A DNA stretch of 53,319 nucleotides, counting the filler, from Sluysia triapertura (Eukaryota), in the NCBI GenBank assembly GCA_046118255.1. It is 4 parts of 4 records of this genome, joined end to end, with 100 filler letters (N's around TTAATTAATTAA, not from the genome) between each part and the next. Parts side by side here need not be neighbours in the genome. Positions count along the whole stretch, not along the records: positions 1 to 17,739 come from JBJNIA010185501.1; 3 more parts are not named here. One strand, written 5' to 3'. Below, one piece after another: positions 1-13,900 of this stretch (position 1 is its first letter; the number at the start of each line of letters is the position of its first letter). The notes beneath the pieces are model-generated. The model searched no databases. It worked only from the letters and a program-made list of their open reading frames with translations, and had not been told where the DNA came from. The position numbers and the translations under genes were made by a program.

Positions 1-1767
1 GACTCAATTGAGTTGTGGAAAACACTCATTGAATCTTTTTCTTTTGCAATAGCTTTAAAAATAAAGTAAATTTACGAGGTTAGTAGTGAGTTAAGGTTTA
101 TTTTGTTTTTGTTATTATTTTATGTTTTATTTTTTGGTAACAACATTTATGTTGTGTGACCCCTGAGATTTTTAAAGAGTTAATTTATTATAGATTTTGA
201 TTAACTATATAAAGGGTTTGATTCATATAAATATAACTGTGATATAAAGATTTTAGTTATAAGATTTGATTTGTATAATTGTTATAGAAAAAATATAAAG
301 AGATTCGATTTTATTTGATTTGAGTTATTAAAAAGGGTTATTTATAAACGAAAAACACAACAATAATAATTAAAATTTATAATAATTAATATTATAAAAT
401 GATAATTTAACGATTATAATAATAATAGTTAAAATAAAACTATTATTTAAATCACATAAAAATTAAAATTAAATAATACATAAATCACCACATAAAAATT
501 ATTTATGATTTATGATTAAACGGAATATGATTCTTTTAGCATCCAAGCAGAATCGATGGAATTTCTAAAATACTTTTTTTGAAATACGGTTTTCATGTTT
601 AGAAATTGAGTTTCTTTTATAGAAAATCATTTTCTTTTTATCATTATTTTACGTGTTGTAATGACAACCTAACAAATTATTTAGAATTATAATTTGTCAT
701 AAAATTATTTTTTTATAACTTAAAAGTCATTCTGTGGCATAATTTATTATTTAATTAAATTAGGTTTGTAATTTTAACTTTTGGTAAAAAGTTATATGTA
801 TGGGAAATCTGCGAACGGAATAAAATATTTTGTTTTAACGCATCATTCATAGAAAAAGTAGAGTGCAAAGATTTAAAATAACGGAAACAATCACTTCGTC
901 ATGGGTTTGTGTTTACTATTGTAATATAGTTACAAAAAATTTATTTGATAATTTAACCACTAAATTTTTTCATTTTTCGGTATAAATATTTATACATATT
1001 AATATTTATGCTTTATTTTTATTTCTGTTGTGAAAGATATCAATAATAATTATTATTTACTTGATTTTCTTTAGTATTATTAAGGTAAGGTTTATTTATA
1101 TTTGTGAATAAGTGTTAATTAAACTGTTAAATTAAAAGTTAAGTGCGGACAGCATGATGTATATGTATGTATCGTAATACAGTAGTCTAAGTAATTATCT
1201 TGGATAAAGCATTCATGTTCCAAATTTTAAAAAATATATTTTCAGTTCATTGATAATTATTGGAACATATAGATCTGACTTTCATATGTATCTGAATTTG
1301 CATTAATTATTCGATTAGTTTATTGATTTACACTGATAAATTTAATGCATGATAAACAATGTAAATTTATTTATTTTATCCTAAGTAAATTCTCAATCAC
1401 ATCATTTTTTCGCCTAATAAAGATCGAGATGTGTGTTTGTATATGTAAAGTTTAAATATTTGATGTTCAAATCATTCTCATTTTGAGTTTATTTTACAAA
1501 CTTAAACTCATTAATTTCATTAATTACATAATAAAAGTTATATCTTGTATAAATATTATCATTGATATTATAAAATTTACTTTTTCTAAAATAATATTAA
1601 ATAACTGATAAAAATATTTCACAAACAAAATGTATGATAATTATTTTACATAACTAAAATTATCAAGTGGATACATCGTGTGTTGCTAATTGTTTCTAAT
1701 TAAAACAATTAAAATTTCGCTTTTTAAATATCATTACTAAAAAGAGGACAAAAAATATTTGAAATAA

Positions 1768-4700
1768 ATGAAAGTTTATTATTTGATTCTCTTTTATACA
1801 CTTTATTGTATCTTTAGTATTGTCGGTAGGTTAAAAATGAATTAATTTATATTATATTTAGATAGTAATTCAGCTTATGAAAATATATTGAAATTTAAAT
1901 CAATTGTTAATAAACATAAGACAGTTTATGAAACCTCTCGTACCTATTCTTCCTTGACATTAGATGCCAGTTTTAAAGATCATATCATAATTAGAAGAAT
2001 TCATAAAACAATAAAGGAACCATTTATTTTATTTAATTGTTTAGTTGATAGTGTTCCCAATCACTTAATATTATCTATGGAAATGTGCTATAAAAAATAT
2101 AGAAACGCCAATCAACTTTGCTTTGATGTGAATAGAAATAAATTTTATAAATTTAATAATCGCTTACAACTTGCTTTTGACATTAAATCAAATGGGTTTG
2201 TGGCTAATTTTCATATTTTCACTGATGCATCTAATATAAATGGATTATATTACTGTAAAATTCGGTCAAAATATGAAACAATACAATCTAATTACATAGA
2301 AATTCAAGATTACGAAAACGTTATAACAAAAAGTTTAGGGCATTTAACAGAAGGATCATATAAAAGTATATCTGTAAAAAATGACACGCCATTAACTTTA
2401 ACATGTCGTGATGACATAAATTGGCCAAATCCAAAATTACATTCCGATATTGATTGGTTTAAATGGAAATACTGCATTGGTATCGATTGTATTTATTACA
2501 GTGATCATAATTACTTACAACCCATTAACAGTTATTTTCATTTTATTACTTATGATAATGGTGACTTGAAAATAATGGATTTTAAAATGAATGTCGAATC
2601 GATAACATTAATTTGTTGGCCAAATAATCCTATGCCAGGCGTCTATTTTAATGCTTATAATATAAATATCGATGTATCAAAAAATTCAAAACAATGGAAT
2701 CAGAATATTACAGCTATATCATCTATTAATAATGAACTGTCATTGACAGAAGGCAAAGTTAATTTGTTTTATTAATTACTACCATGTTTAAAAAAATTAT
2801 TTTTTAACTTCTTTAATTATATAATCACGATAATTTTAAAAATTTAAGATTAAAGTTTAAATTAATATAAAATCAAATTATTTATTATTTATAAAAATTA
2901 TTCATACAATAATTTTGAAAACAATATAAAAAATTTGAAAAAAAATTAATCTAAAAAGTAATTAATAATGGAATTTAGAAAATTAATTTTAATTTTATTT
3001 AGAGTTCGTATACTTCAAGAAAGTTAGCAGTAGATTTTTTATCAAACCCGCATACTAAGTTTTACTGGACAAAGGATGGTAACGATGTGCACAAATTATC
3101 ATCGGAGTTTAATTTCGATAAATACAATTTATATTTTCCGGATACCATAACAAAAGAATTTGAAGGTAGTACTTTTTTATTATAAATGAAATATAATCAA
3201 TATATTCAGGTTTGAGGGAATATTTTATTTTCTACATGTATTTTAGGATTAAATTTGATTTAAAAAATAAAAGCCTAGATTTTTCGAACTCAATATTTTT
3301 CCTTTTTAATACCTATCATATATCTAAGTTATGCCGCTTATTTTAATGAATTATTGCAAATTAAATATTAGCTTGACAAGGATGAAGTTTGTAATTAATT
3401 ATATTGCCAACTTTAACAGCTTATTATTTGATATTGGCTTAATATTTTACCGTTCTACTTTTTTGTTGGAAGGTTGCATATCTCGCCTCTTAAAATAAAT
3501 CATAAAAATTATTAAAATTCTTTTCTGAAATTAATTAAAATGGAACGAACAGCAATTTTCACTATTATGAAGTTTGAACGACGGCGAAGCATTAAGTGAA
3601 CAACGCAGCAGACAGTATCAAATTGGTTGTACAAATGTCGTCCAGGTAATTTTAACTTCACAAATGAGCCACATGGTCATTTGCAGTTTGGCTCATTTAT
3701 CTCACGCTGGGAAAGTAAAAAAAGTTGAATGAATGAAAAACAAATATAAAAGTGTTGGGAAACTTTCTTGATGTTTACTTGTTACTTATGATGAGAAATG
3801 AAGTGAAATATTCATCAAAAGAAGCTGGCGGTCGTCTGTAATCGATTTTGCTTTCATGAAACCTGGCTCATCAATCAGAGCAAAAATATAGTCCATCCAA
3901 GTGGATAAAACGATGCAAAAACTTAAAGATGAACAACCTATTTTATTCTATGATAACAAACGACTGCAAACCGCTTCTACAACTTTTTAATAAGAAAACC
4001 ATTTAATTCCGGGAATTCATTCTCTATGCCAGGGTTTTGTACCACCAGCTTGAACAATCTGCTGCTCAAATAGCAAAAGTGTATAGATAATGTAGGTGGG
4101 TACTTTGATGGATAAAACAATTCCTTATATTTCTAGGTCAATAGCCTATTATTTACAAATTTCATCCTTGATAATGCTATTTTTGATACATTTGCTTATC
4201 AAGGATTTATGTGATCGCACAATCTTCACAAGATCCAAGATTCAAATATAGTTAATTTTGTTTTTTTAAATACTTTCTATTTAACTCCAGGTAATTATTC
4301 TTTGACGGTATTACAGAAATTTCCTACTAATCAAATTCAATTTCATTTCTTCGTTACAATAAAAACAAATCCAGCAGTTAAATTTAATCATAACACGGAT
4401 GTGTTTTATAAAATACGCGGACAAAATCTCTCTATACCTTTCAGTGTTGTTGGTAAACCGGATGAAATAGTAATGTTAATTAATTTTAATTTTAATTAAT
4501 TATAGAACATTTATTTTAATGATTTAATAATTAAAAACACATCAGACGTCTTTATTAAGCAAATTAATACTGAAGAATATTTGCTGGAATTTTATAATTT
4601 AACAGTTCGACAATTAACATCAACTTTGTTTAGTCCAATTAATAAAGTCGATATTGTCGTAGCCAATCAAAATGGTGAGTCCAGAAGAAAATTTAATATT

Positions 4701-7154
4701 CTTGTTTATGGTTCGTTTTTAATTTTAATTATTAATTTTTAAATATGAAATAAGTGCTTATTTGTGAAATAAAAGGAAATTTGATTTTAAACCCTTTAGT
4801 GAAAATAGCGGGCCTCGCCGTAGTATGTTTTAATATTTAAAAACCATATGAATTTCTTTAAATATTTATTGTGCATGTGGTCTTTTTTATATTTTAGCAA
4901 AATTGACGACGTAAAGTGGCTTTAAATTTACCAGATTGCTTGGAAAAGTATGACACACTTCAAGATTAATAGTTATAAATAATTTGTATAATTATTGTCG
5001 AGAATTTAAGCATTTTTCTGAGTTTTTTCTGTGCTTTTCAAGATATTTCCTTGTTTCATCTCAATTGTATTGTGATTTAAAGTTTTTATTTTTCAATTTT
5101 TTAATATACTATCATTACTTTATAAGTCTATAGTATTACAAATGAAATAGTTTGTACTTTTATTTAAAAATAGTAAATAAAAACAAAAATATTTTCACGC
5201 ATAAATTTAATGGCAAGGTAAGAGGTTAAAAATAAATTCTGCTGGATCGGAATTTTATTTAGATTTTCTTTTTTAATGCTTTGTCACCTACATTAAATGA
5301 TTTTGTGGTATTTCATAGTTAACTTTTTTCGCAGTCTTCTAATGTGTTATAATTTCAGTCAGATATTTATCTTTTATTCGTGCGGGTACAGCATCTCGTA
5401 TTGTTCTGGATTGTCTCAATAACTCTGATGAAACTGTGTATGCATTTGTTTTGAAAAGACCTTTTGATGAAGGTTTAGTTTGCCAATTTCGTGTAAGCCT
5501 TAATATTGAGCAAAATCAAATTTTAATTAATTTTTAATTATGGAATTTTGAATTTTTATACTTAGAATGATGTTAATATAATGAATTTAATCTGAGATTA
5601 TTGCTGTGAAAGAGGTTTGTTTGAGAGTAAGAACCTTAAACATTTTTCATTAGAAAATTGGGTGTGAAAAATTGAAAATCAATTAAATTCTAGAAAGTGA
5701 AATTAACAATATTATTGATTGTTATTTTAATGTGAGAAGTAATTTAAATAGATGGAGCAAAGTAAAAGATATTGAGGGTTAATAATAAATCAAATTTTTG
5801 TGTTTTGTACCTAATGAAGTTTGACAGTTGTTATCAGTCTGATTCTCAAAGAGGTTTTGATGATTTGTGTGAGTGTTTGATTGTGAAACCGAGGATTGAT
5901 TGGATGTGTGATATTATAAATGAAAACTTAAAATTTTTTACAACACAAAAGAAAATTCATGACTATTGTAATATTTATTATTTTAAGAATAAAATAAATA
6001 CATAATTTTTTGGGGAAATACTTAGTTAACTTTATATTAGTAATTTTTGGCATATTACTTAAAAATATTTTAACAAGATTATTTTTATAAGATATTGATA
6101 AATTTGATTTTGGGGAGATTATTTTATAATATTTAATCGTTATTAATTTAGGTTAAGATTATCTGAAAATATTTAAATGTAACTTTTGTAAACATTCTAG
6201 ATATTGATTTTTTTAGTGTCTGGTTTCTTTGGATAGATTGTTGTGTCCTTAATGTTATTATGACCATTATTGTTAATCTTCTAATTAGTCATTTTTATTA
6301 TTAAGTGGAGACTTATAATATCAATTTGTATTTGATTTTTGAATCATTAAATTATTGAGTTTTTATTAATTTGATTTAAAAAAATTAATCTTTGTGATGA
6401 ATAAATATTATCATCAAAGTAAGAAAATTTCTGATAATTTATACTTGATATAATGAGTGTCGAAATTATTGAAATTCTATTTAAGTTAATTAAATTGATA
6501 TTGATTTATCGTAACTAATAATTTTAAAAGAAGCAACATAATATTTATTATTTATCATCTACTTACTACAGTAAGTAGATAATTTTTGAAATTATTAAAG
6601 GGTTGTGATATTAAGATATCAATCTAAAATAGGTATGTCAATTAAATGTGTATAAATTACATTTATATCACTGATGTAAAGATTATCTGATTCTTTGTAA
6701 ATCAATTGATATTGATCAGGGTAATACTTTTACAGCGATTTAGCGCAATTAAAAGATTAAAATATTAGTTACTTACATAATTAACTTCTTATTTAATATT
6801 TATTAACAGAATCTCCAAAATACTCAAAACCGGAATTTTATTGTGGTGAGGCATTCAATGTAAAATTTCTTGCTAATGCGGATTATTACGAAAAAGAAGG
6901 TTTTCAAATTAATCATTTATGGGTGTTTAATAATGAAACTCAGCATCGAAATCGGAGATATATCAATATATCTCATGACTTTGTTACTGTTTATCCATTT
7001 AGTGGAATGAGGTTGAAATTGGCATATCAATATCAGATATTCAAATTGGATGATAATAATAAAAATAATCATAATAGAATTTATTTATTAACTGAATTTG
7101 ACAGCAATTATCTCAATGATTTCCGTATGGAATTAAACTGTGGAATAACAACGG
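1768..7154 (+). CDS. Multi-exon immunoglobulin-superfamily (Ig + probable FN3) cell-surface/secreted protein; exons 1768-1825, 1862-2757, 3003-3165, 4291-4469, 4506-4710, 6810-7154; 3' end unresolved
   Basis: All introns are GT..AG and phase-compatible. Exon 1 encodes a signal-peptide-like MKVYYLILFYTLYCIFSIV. Ig hallmarks: NGLYYCKI, LTLTC..DIDWFK, FYWTKDG..EFEGNYSLTV across exons 3/4, and VVANQNGESRRKFNILVY. The ORF-track pieces 1888-2775, 4302-4499 and 6923-7186 fall in frame with this model. Architecture resembles L1/neuroglian/contactin-type proteins (inference). Confidence 0.8.
3368..4179 (+). mobile_element. Decayed Mos1/Hsmar-type mariner element in intron 3
   Basis: Left TIR ttgacaaggatgaagtttgtaattaa (from 3373) matches the reverse complement of the right end, ttatcaaggatgaaatttgtaaataa. 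Remnant peptides TVSNWLYKCRPGNFNFTNEPHG (mariner HTH) and PILFYDNKR (HDNARPH-like), with stops and frameshifts. Confidence 0.75.
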
Positions 7155-7215
7155 GTTGGTATCCAATTTATTATTTCATTTTTTAACGAATTTGAAAATG
7201 TTTTTAATGTTTAAT

Positions 7216-8039
7216 GTTTTGAACAGTAACTTCCTATTTTAAAATACCTACAATTTAATTCAAATGCCGTAATGTGTTTCTCAACTTTGTGTGTATTTTG
7301 CTTAATGTATGGCAGTTTAATCTATGCTCTCTGTTTTCTTTTTAGATCAGTTTTGTGAATTTGTTTTAATTAATTTGTTTGAAATTTCAAAACCATAGAA
7401 GAATGGTTGGGAACATCCCAGATACCTGCAGGTTACGAAGTTTGGAGATTCATTGTTTAAGTTCAAAGATGGTGGAGAACCATTAAGGAAAAACATGATC
7501 AAATTATTGACCCAAAGACGATCAAGTATTGTCATGAAAAACTCATTACCACAGGATCTGTGGTTGATACCCGAAGAAGCGGGTCGCCTTCCAAATCTAG
7601 AGACCTTGAGGTAGTACAATTTGTTCAAGAAATGTTTAATCGTAGCCCGTGAATGTCAATTCGACAAGCAACAAGGGAAAGTAGGCTCTCTTTTCACTGC
7701 GTACGTGTAGTGCTAAAAAATGAACCTGGAGACTGCGACATTCGTAAGGAATTTGGAGAGATAATGTTGGTTTGGTTTAGAGATTGGCCTTATCTATTTA
7801 AAACTATTCTCTGGAGTGATGAGTACATGAAAAGTGAAGTTATGGCTTTTATCCCGCAGGAGTTTCTTGTGAAATCAATTGATGTGATTCCTGGTCGACT
7901 TGAGAAACTGGTGGTGAATAATTGTGCCTTTATTGAATTTTTGAATTTATATACTTTCTTGTCGTATTTATTAAACGTATAAATTATATTTCAATTATAA
8001 ACTACAGTTATTTTAAAATAGGGAGTTACTTTTCAAAAC
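7216..8039 (+). mobile_element. Internally deleted Tc1/mariner element (DUF4817-type HTH)
   Basis: About 50-bp TIRs: gttttgaacagtaacttcctattttaaaata versus right-end reverse complement gttttgaaaagtaactccctattttaaaata. Peptides KLITTGSVVDTRRSGSP..MSIRQATRES and ILWSDE (first catalytic D) are joined directly to the C-terminal IPGRLEKLVVNNCAFIE. Confidence 0.85.
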
Positions 8040-9499
8040 TTTGATAATTTTTAGATGAACAAAATTGGAAACATTGAGTGCAGTAATAATAATTTAGCAT
8101 TAACTTAGGAAGTAGAAGACAAATGAATATTCTGTTGAAGATAGTCTCAACTAATTGTCGTCTTTTGAAAGTGATACATGTGATCAACTGGTTAAGTACG
8201 TGTCTGTGTATCTAATTAAAATGTCTCACCTTATGGTACAACCAGATCAAAATAATGATGCATAATAACATATTCTGTGTTTGTTTTCTTCAAAATAAAG
8301 AAACCCTTTTTTTAAAGCCGCTGAAGAAAGAAAAATTAAAACAAAATATTTTGGATTAATAGAGTTGACACTGTTTAATAATTATCAAGTTAAATTTGTG
8401 ACCAATGAAACAATGGTGATTGCTGCCTTATGTAAATAATTTAATCTAATTCTTTAATAACTTTAAATTCAAAACTCAGCAAATTAAAATAAGATTCGAT
8501 TTTATTCTTTATATCATAATTAATACAATTTATCAATTATCACTAATAAAAGTTAAATGTTATAACCAATAAATGTCAAATTACAAATCAATCAACTAAC
8601 AACAAAAATTCACAAATAAGAAAATTAACCAATAGAATTTCATGTGTGTTAAATCAATGTGGAGCGAAATAATAACGAACTGTTATCCAATATAACTCAC
8701 ATTTAATGCACGGCTTTCCGCACAATGACGTAAGACGAAATACAATTCTTGGTTTATGATCCCAATAATTAATTATACTGATTTCATAATTTCCATAAAT
8801 TTTATTAATTTAGTATCTAAATTACTTTTGTAATTGAATTCATTTTTATTTTCAATTTAACTTTTCATTTAATTTTAGATTCATACTTGGCAGATGATAT
8901 CATCTGTAAGTCCACTTAATTCAACATAATCCGAATAGACTTTAAACTAAATTTTCTATAAACCATAATAACTAGGAGGTATCCATTTTTTCATTAAAAT
9001 TAATGCATTTTTCAATTTTAATGCCATTGGTCAGATTATTAATAAATGATTGGATAATTTTTAAGTATCAGTGAAACAACCGTTATGATGTGAGCAATAT
9101 TCTTTGTATTTTATGATTTTAATTTGAAGGGTATAACTAATTTACTCTAGAATAGAACATATAATCACCTTTATGCATCCAGGTCCAGTTTTATTTTTCT
9201 ATACACGACTACTAAAATACTTTAAACAATTTGAAAAATTTTAGAATTTGTCATTCTTAGAATATTACACCATGTTTATTATAACTTTAGAAATAACAAA
9301 TTTCTTATTTTCTAGCCACTCTGATTGGTCTAATTATGCTGACTATAATAATATCATGTTTTGTGGTAATTATTCTGTCGTGCTATTTAACGAGAAACAA
9401 AGGCAGTAGTTATAATGGTTAGTATATTTTGTTTTTCATATTTTATTATTGCAAATGTGTACTACTTTCAAGTATCAATAAACAAAAATTGTTTAAACA

Positions 9500-10248
9500 A
9501 TGTTATTTGATTCAACTCTAAATTAATTGTTACATAAATTAAAAAATATGCAAATTAACAAATGGTTCTTTGTACATTTCAGATTTTAACAATAGTTTAT
9601 TGTACTCAATTTCATATAGAAAAGTGAAAAAATTACAATAATTAATCAAATAGCAAAACTAATTCTCCAAGTGGGAAGAAGATCACTCATGTAACACCTT
9701 ATCTTAAGAAATTACAATGGTTACTAATAAGTGTAAGAATAGAATTCAAAATAATGACAATAATTTACAAATGCTTATATTGCGGAAGTCCTGAATATCT
9801 TAGAAATAATAAAAATTTTGGAAACCAAGATGAATATTTCATTGATACATGGTAATAATCTATACAGAATCCACAGTAATAATAAGCCATGTGATAGGTT
9901 GTACACCGTTTATGTTCCAAGAATGTACAATCACTTACCAAAGAATACCAAATTACTGGAAGATTATGAAATATTTAAGAAAAAGACAAAGTTGTTTCTG
10001 TTTCAGAAATATTATAGTGAATGATTTATTTTAAACGCTTTTGAGTACTTACGCATTAGATATGAGCGCAATATAAATTAATATATTATTATTATCATTA
10101 TTAATATTGTCATCATTATTATCTTTATTAATATTATTATTATTATCATTATTATATCATTATCATTATTATATTATTAACATTATTATTATCATTATTA
10201 ATATTATCATTATTATCATCATTATTATTATTGTTGTTATTATTATTA
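9500..10248 (+). mobile_element. L2-clade LINE, 3' fragment with (ATT)n tail
   Basis: HVTPYLKKLQWLLISVRIEFKIMTIIYKCLYCGSPEYL and DRLYTVYVPRMYNHLP..FKKKTKLFLF match the L2/Crack ORF2 C-terminus. The 3' UTR aacgcttttgag..gagcgcaatataaat is followed by an ATT/ATC microsatellite (~10085-10248). Confidence 0.85.
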
Positions 10249-11899
10249 GATCAAATAAAATTAAAAAAGTCGTTTTTGTTACAATTTCTAAAGAAATTTA
10301 AAATTTAAATTTTTCAACAAGTACAAATACAAAATGAATAAATAAATAAATGTATATATTTTGGGTTTTCGAACAAAAAAGCATTACAAAATTCGATTAT
10401 TTATTTCTAACTATATTAATTCGAAAAAGAGAAAACAAAATGAAAGTTACTTTTAATATATAAATATACTGAATTTTTGATTTAGACTATTATTACTCTA
10501 TTATTAATACTTTGTTTTACTGAAGTGTTTGTGTGTTATTTTATAAATAACTGTTTTGAAAATTGCTATTCAGAACAATTACTGTGCAAGCTAGTGTGTG
10601 CTCGTGAACTGCTCGAGGATGTGATTAAAGTGTGCAGAGATAGATGTATCAGACAAGACGATAAATGTTACAATAACTGTTTGAAAGTAACGTAATACAT
10701 AGAATAATTTGGTTTAATATTTATCGATTTTGTTGTACTTTTCAAGTAATATAAATAAATTACGATATTGATGCTGCTGTTTACTTGAAAATTTCGCTAT
10801 TATTAAGAATAAATAGTAGTAAAGGTGTTATTTTATCGGCAGTGGAATTATAAACTAAATAAGTTATGAATAATTAAAGTTTTATAATCCAAATATTCAC
10901 GGAATAAATTATAATATTGTACAAAAATAAAACCGAAGATATTTCGAATTAAAAAATTTATATGGTCTATTTGCAATGATTATCTCAAGCTTGTTGAAAT
11001 ATTGATATAGAAAAAAAATTACAAAATTTGACAATTTTTGATGCTTTACCAATGTTAATCTCGAATCGAATAAGTAATCCTAAATTGTATTAAGTTATTC
11101 GCTTTGGCACTTGTGTTTTGAGTGTTATTTGTTTATTTAAGTATTTATTATTTCAAGACAAATACACATTTATTCATAAATAATCATTGGCAATGGGAAT
11201 GCAACAGAAATCGATATCCTTTTTCTTATTTAAGCAAAAAACAAATTATGAATCACAAAAATAGATGGAATTATAAAAATACTAAAAAAATGGGACACAA
11301 TTTTCTGGCCATTACTTAGACTATTTCGTCTCAGCAGATATTGAACTGAGTTTATCTGAGCAGTGTAGTTTTGTAGAGTCAGAATTAGTATACCTATCAA
11401 TAAATTATTAGTTTGGAAATAAACATAACAAATTAATAAATAAAGTAGAATTTTTGTAGCTTTTTTCAAGCTTTTACCCTTGTCCATATTTATATTTGTG
11501 GCCATAAAAGGTTTGCAAGCTCTCCATGTTATAATATATATTGAAAGTATCACGAGTGGGTTAAAATGATTAATAGTGATTTACAAAATAATCACTTTCT
11601 TATTTAAGTTGATACATTGGATATAACCATTTATATTTATTGATTTACTAATAAGAGTGATGATATCACGTCTAACGTGCTTAGAATATTTTTAGAGTGT
11701 AAATACATTTGATTAGGAAATATAAAACATTTATTGTGATAAAAATGTATTAAAATTCAAAAAATAATTATAGAAAAATTATCTCCGGAAAAACAAATAA
11801 GATAGAAAATTTTAAGAAAACAAAAAGTTGACGAAATATTTATATCACCTCTCATCTTGTTATCAAATAGAATTAAGTTTTCAATATAGCTGCTCAACA

Positions 11900-13900
11900 C
11901 TTGATCAACATCATTCTGAATTTCGGTTGTAATTGTTGGCCTAGGTCTAATGGCCTTATATCTAGCCTTTATTATTCCAAAAAGTTCATCAATTGGATCC
12001 AGCCGAGGTGTATAAGGTGGAAGGAATTTATAAGCAATTCCATTGGACAGAATCAGCAGTTATCCATTATGGTGGTGGTTTTGTATAATTGGTTTGTGAA
12101 AGAGTTTCGTATGGGACATTTAAAGGTGTAATATCCTTTGATACCCAGATCTTGAGGGCGTTTAAGAATGTTGGCAGTCATAAGCCTGACAAATACTTCA
12201 AGACATTGTTTTTGAGTTAAATAATTAATAAACATATTCGGTTTTTTTATTCTTGTGAGTTTAAGTATTGAGTTTAGAATATTAGAGGTTGTTATTTTTA
12301 TGTGGTTGAATATTATCACATAAGCGTATAGTTCCAAAATTCTTAATATGTTTAGGTTACTATTTTTATATATAAAATTCTCTACTAAATCTGTTTTCAA
12401 AATTTTGTTGAATTTAAAGTTTTGGATGTCGAAATTATATTTTGCTTTGGGAACCATCACAACATCCAACTTTATTTCTTACTGTAAAGTATATATAAAT
12501 TAATTTGTCAGATATTAAATACACAAATAAGTCAGAACCATTACTATCATAAAATTTTATTTCTAAACATATAACAAATAATTTATTATGATTGATATTT
12601 ATATAAAATTTAAAACTGTCACTTTCTTCTGCAGTTTTTTCGCCCCACACAGAATCTTGTCGTATTTCACGGGTCCAGAACCCAAATACTTTAACTGAAT
12701 AAAAACTTAGCATATATAATGAGTCAAAGCTTACTCTGAAACTGTTAGTTTTGCAACAAATTAGATCACAAAACTTAGGTATCTTTTTTAACATCAATTT
12801 ACGACACAAAATTTCTTTAATATAGGTTTCGCTCCAAAGTTTTTTTGTTTCGTCTTATAGATTTACCAATTACATGAATCTGACCAGAATTGTTCGGTCG
12901 ATGTTTTAAATAAAGTATCCATCTCTTATATATATCATATTGATAGTATAAACTCGACATGATGTTGGATAGCAATGTTATTTTAATTTCACTTTTACTC
13001 GTTAAATTGAGAACATTTAGATAGATGTGTATGATGTTGATATCAACGTTGATATACTTATGAAAACGACAAGGGATATAATTGTAAGCTTCATTGTGAT
13101 CTGATAATTGAAAACTTGGTCTGCACAGCATTTCAAAGATTGACATGTTCACAGAAAACAGTTTTGCATGTGTAACTATTGAAACGACAGCTGTTATCTG
13201 GTTTGCTTATATGACATTAGGATTAATTATCATGTTCGAATGATCCAAAAATAAATAATAACATTCAGTAAAGCTGAAATAAAAGTTTTTATGATCGTGC
13301 TGAACCGGAATTAAATTTTTTAATGTAGGCTTGTTGGAAATGAAGGAGATTTCTTTGTTATTGTAACTAATCTTGCCGATCTTGTGATTATCATAAAAAA
13401 GCTCCGATGGGATCAATGTTATATTGGATGTGTTGATCAGACGTTCATGTCCTGTATCATAGTAATAGATTTATACGTTATTACACCGGGATTACAGCTG
13501 TAATCAATTAACAGATACAGTAACGTAGATGGATCTAAAATACTAATAAAAATCAAATCCGCTGTGATAAGATTAAAAATAAATGATGTACGTATTCCTC
13601 GATTTGAATTGGAAACCAAAATGATCGGTAAATTGTCGACAGGGACATATATTACAGGATAAAGTGTAAATCGAAATTTCAGCATTCTTATACTTTCTTT
13701 AAGCGTTTCATTTGATACTTTATGTACTTATTGTTTGATTTTGCTCCTATTATGAACATAATCACAAATAAAGACTAATATGTGATCATAGTCACTCAGT
13801 TGGAACCTTTTTAATATCAATTTGTTTTTAACATCAGATACCATTATTTTTACACTTCTATGTATGGAGTTTATATGATTTTATAACTAAAAAAGGATTC
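11900..13900 (-). pseudogene. Fragmented, apparently intronless long coding region of unknown family
   Basis: Five near-abutting minus-strand ORFs (13685-13437, 13416-13207, 13152-12817, 12809-12435, 12469-12053) in DNA where long ORFs are rare. The frame continues upstream of 13685 through a single stop. No motif recognised. Confidence 0.45.

Noticed and set aside
4787-5229. Possible piggyBac MITE (TTAACCCTTT ... AGAGGTTAA)
   Set aside because: The terminal match beyond TTAACC is too weak to support a call.
10107-10301. Poly-Ile/Leu ORF
   Set aside because: Translation of the (ATT)n LINE tail.
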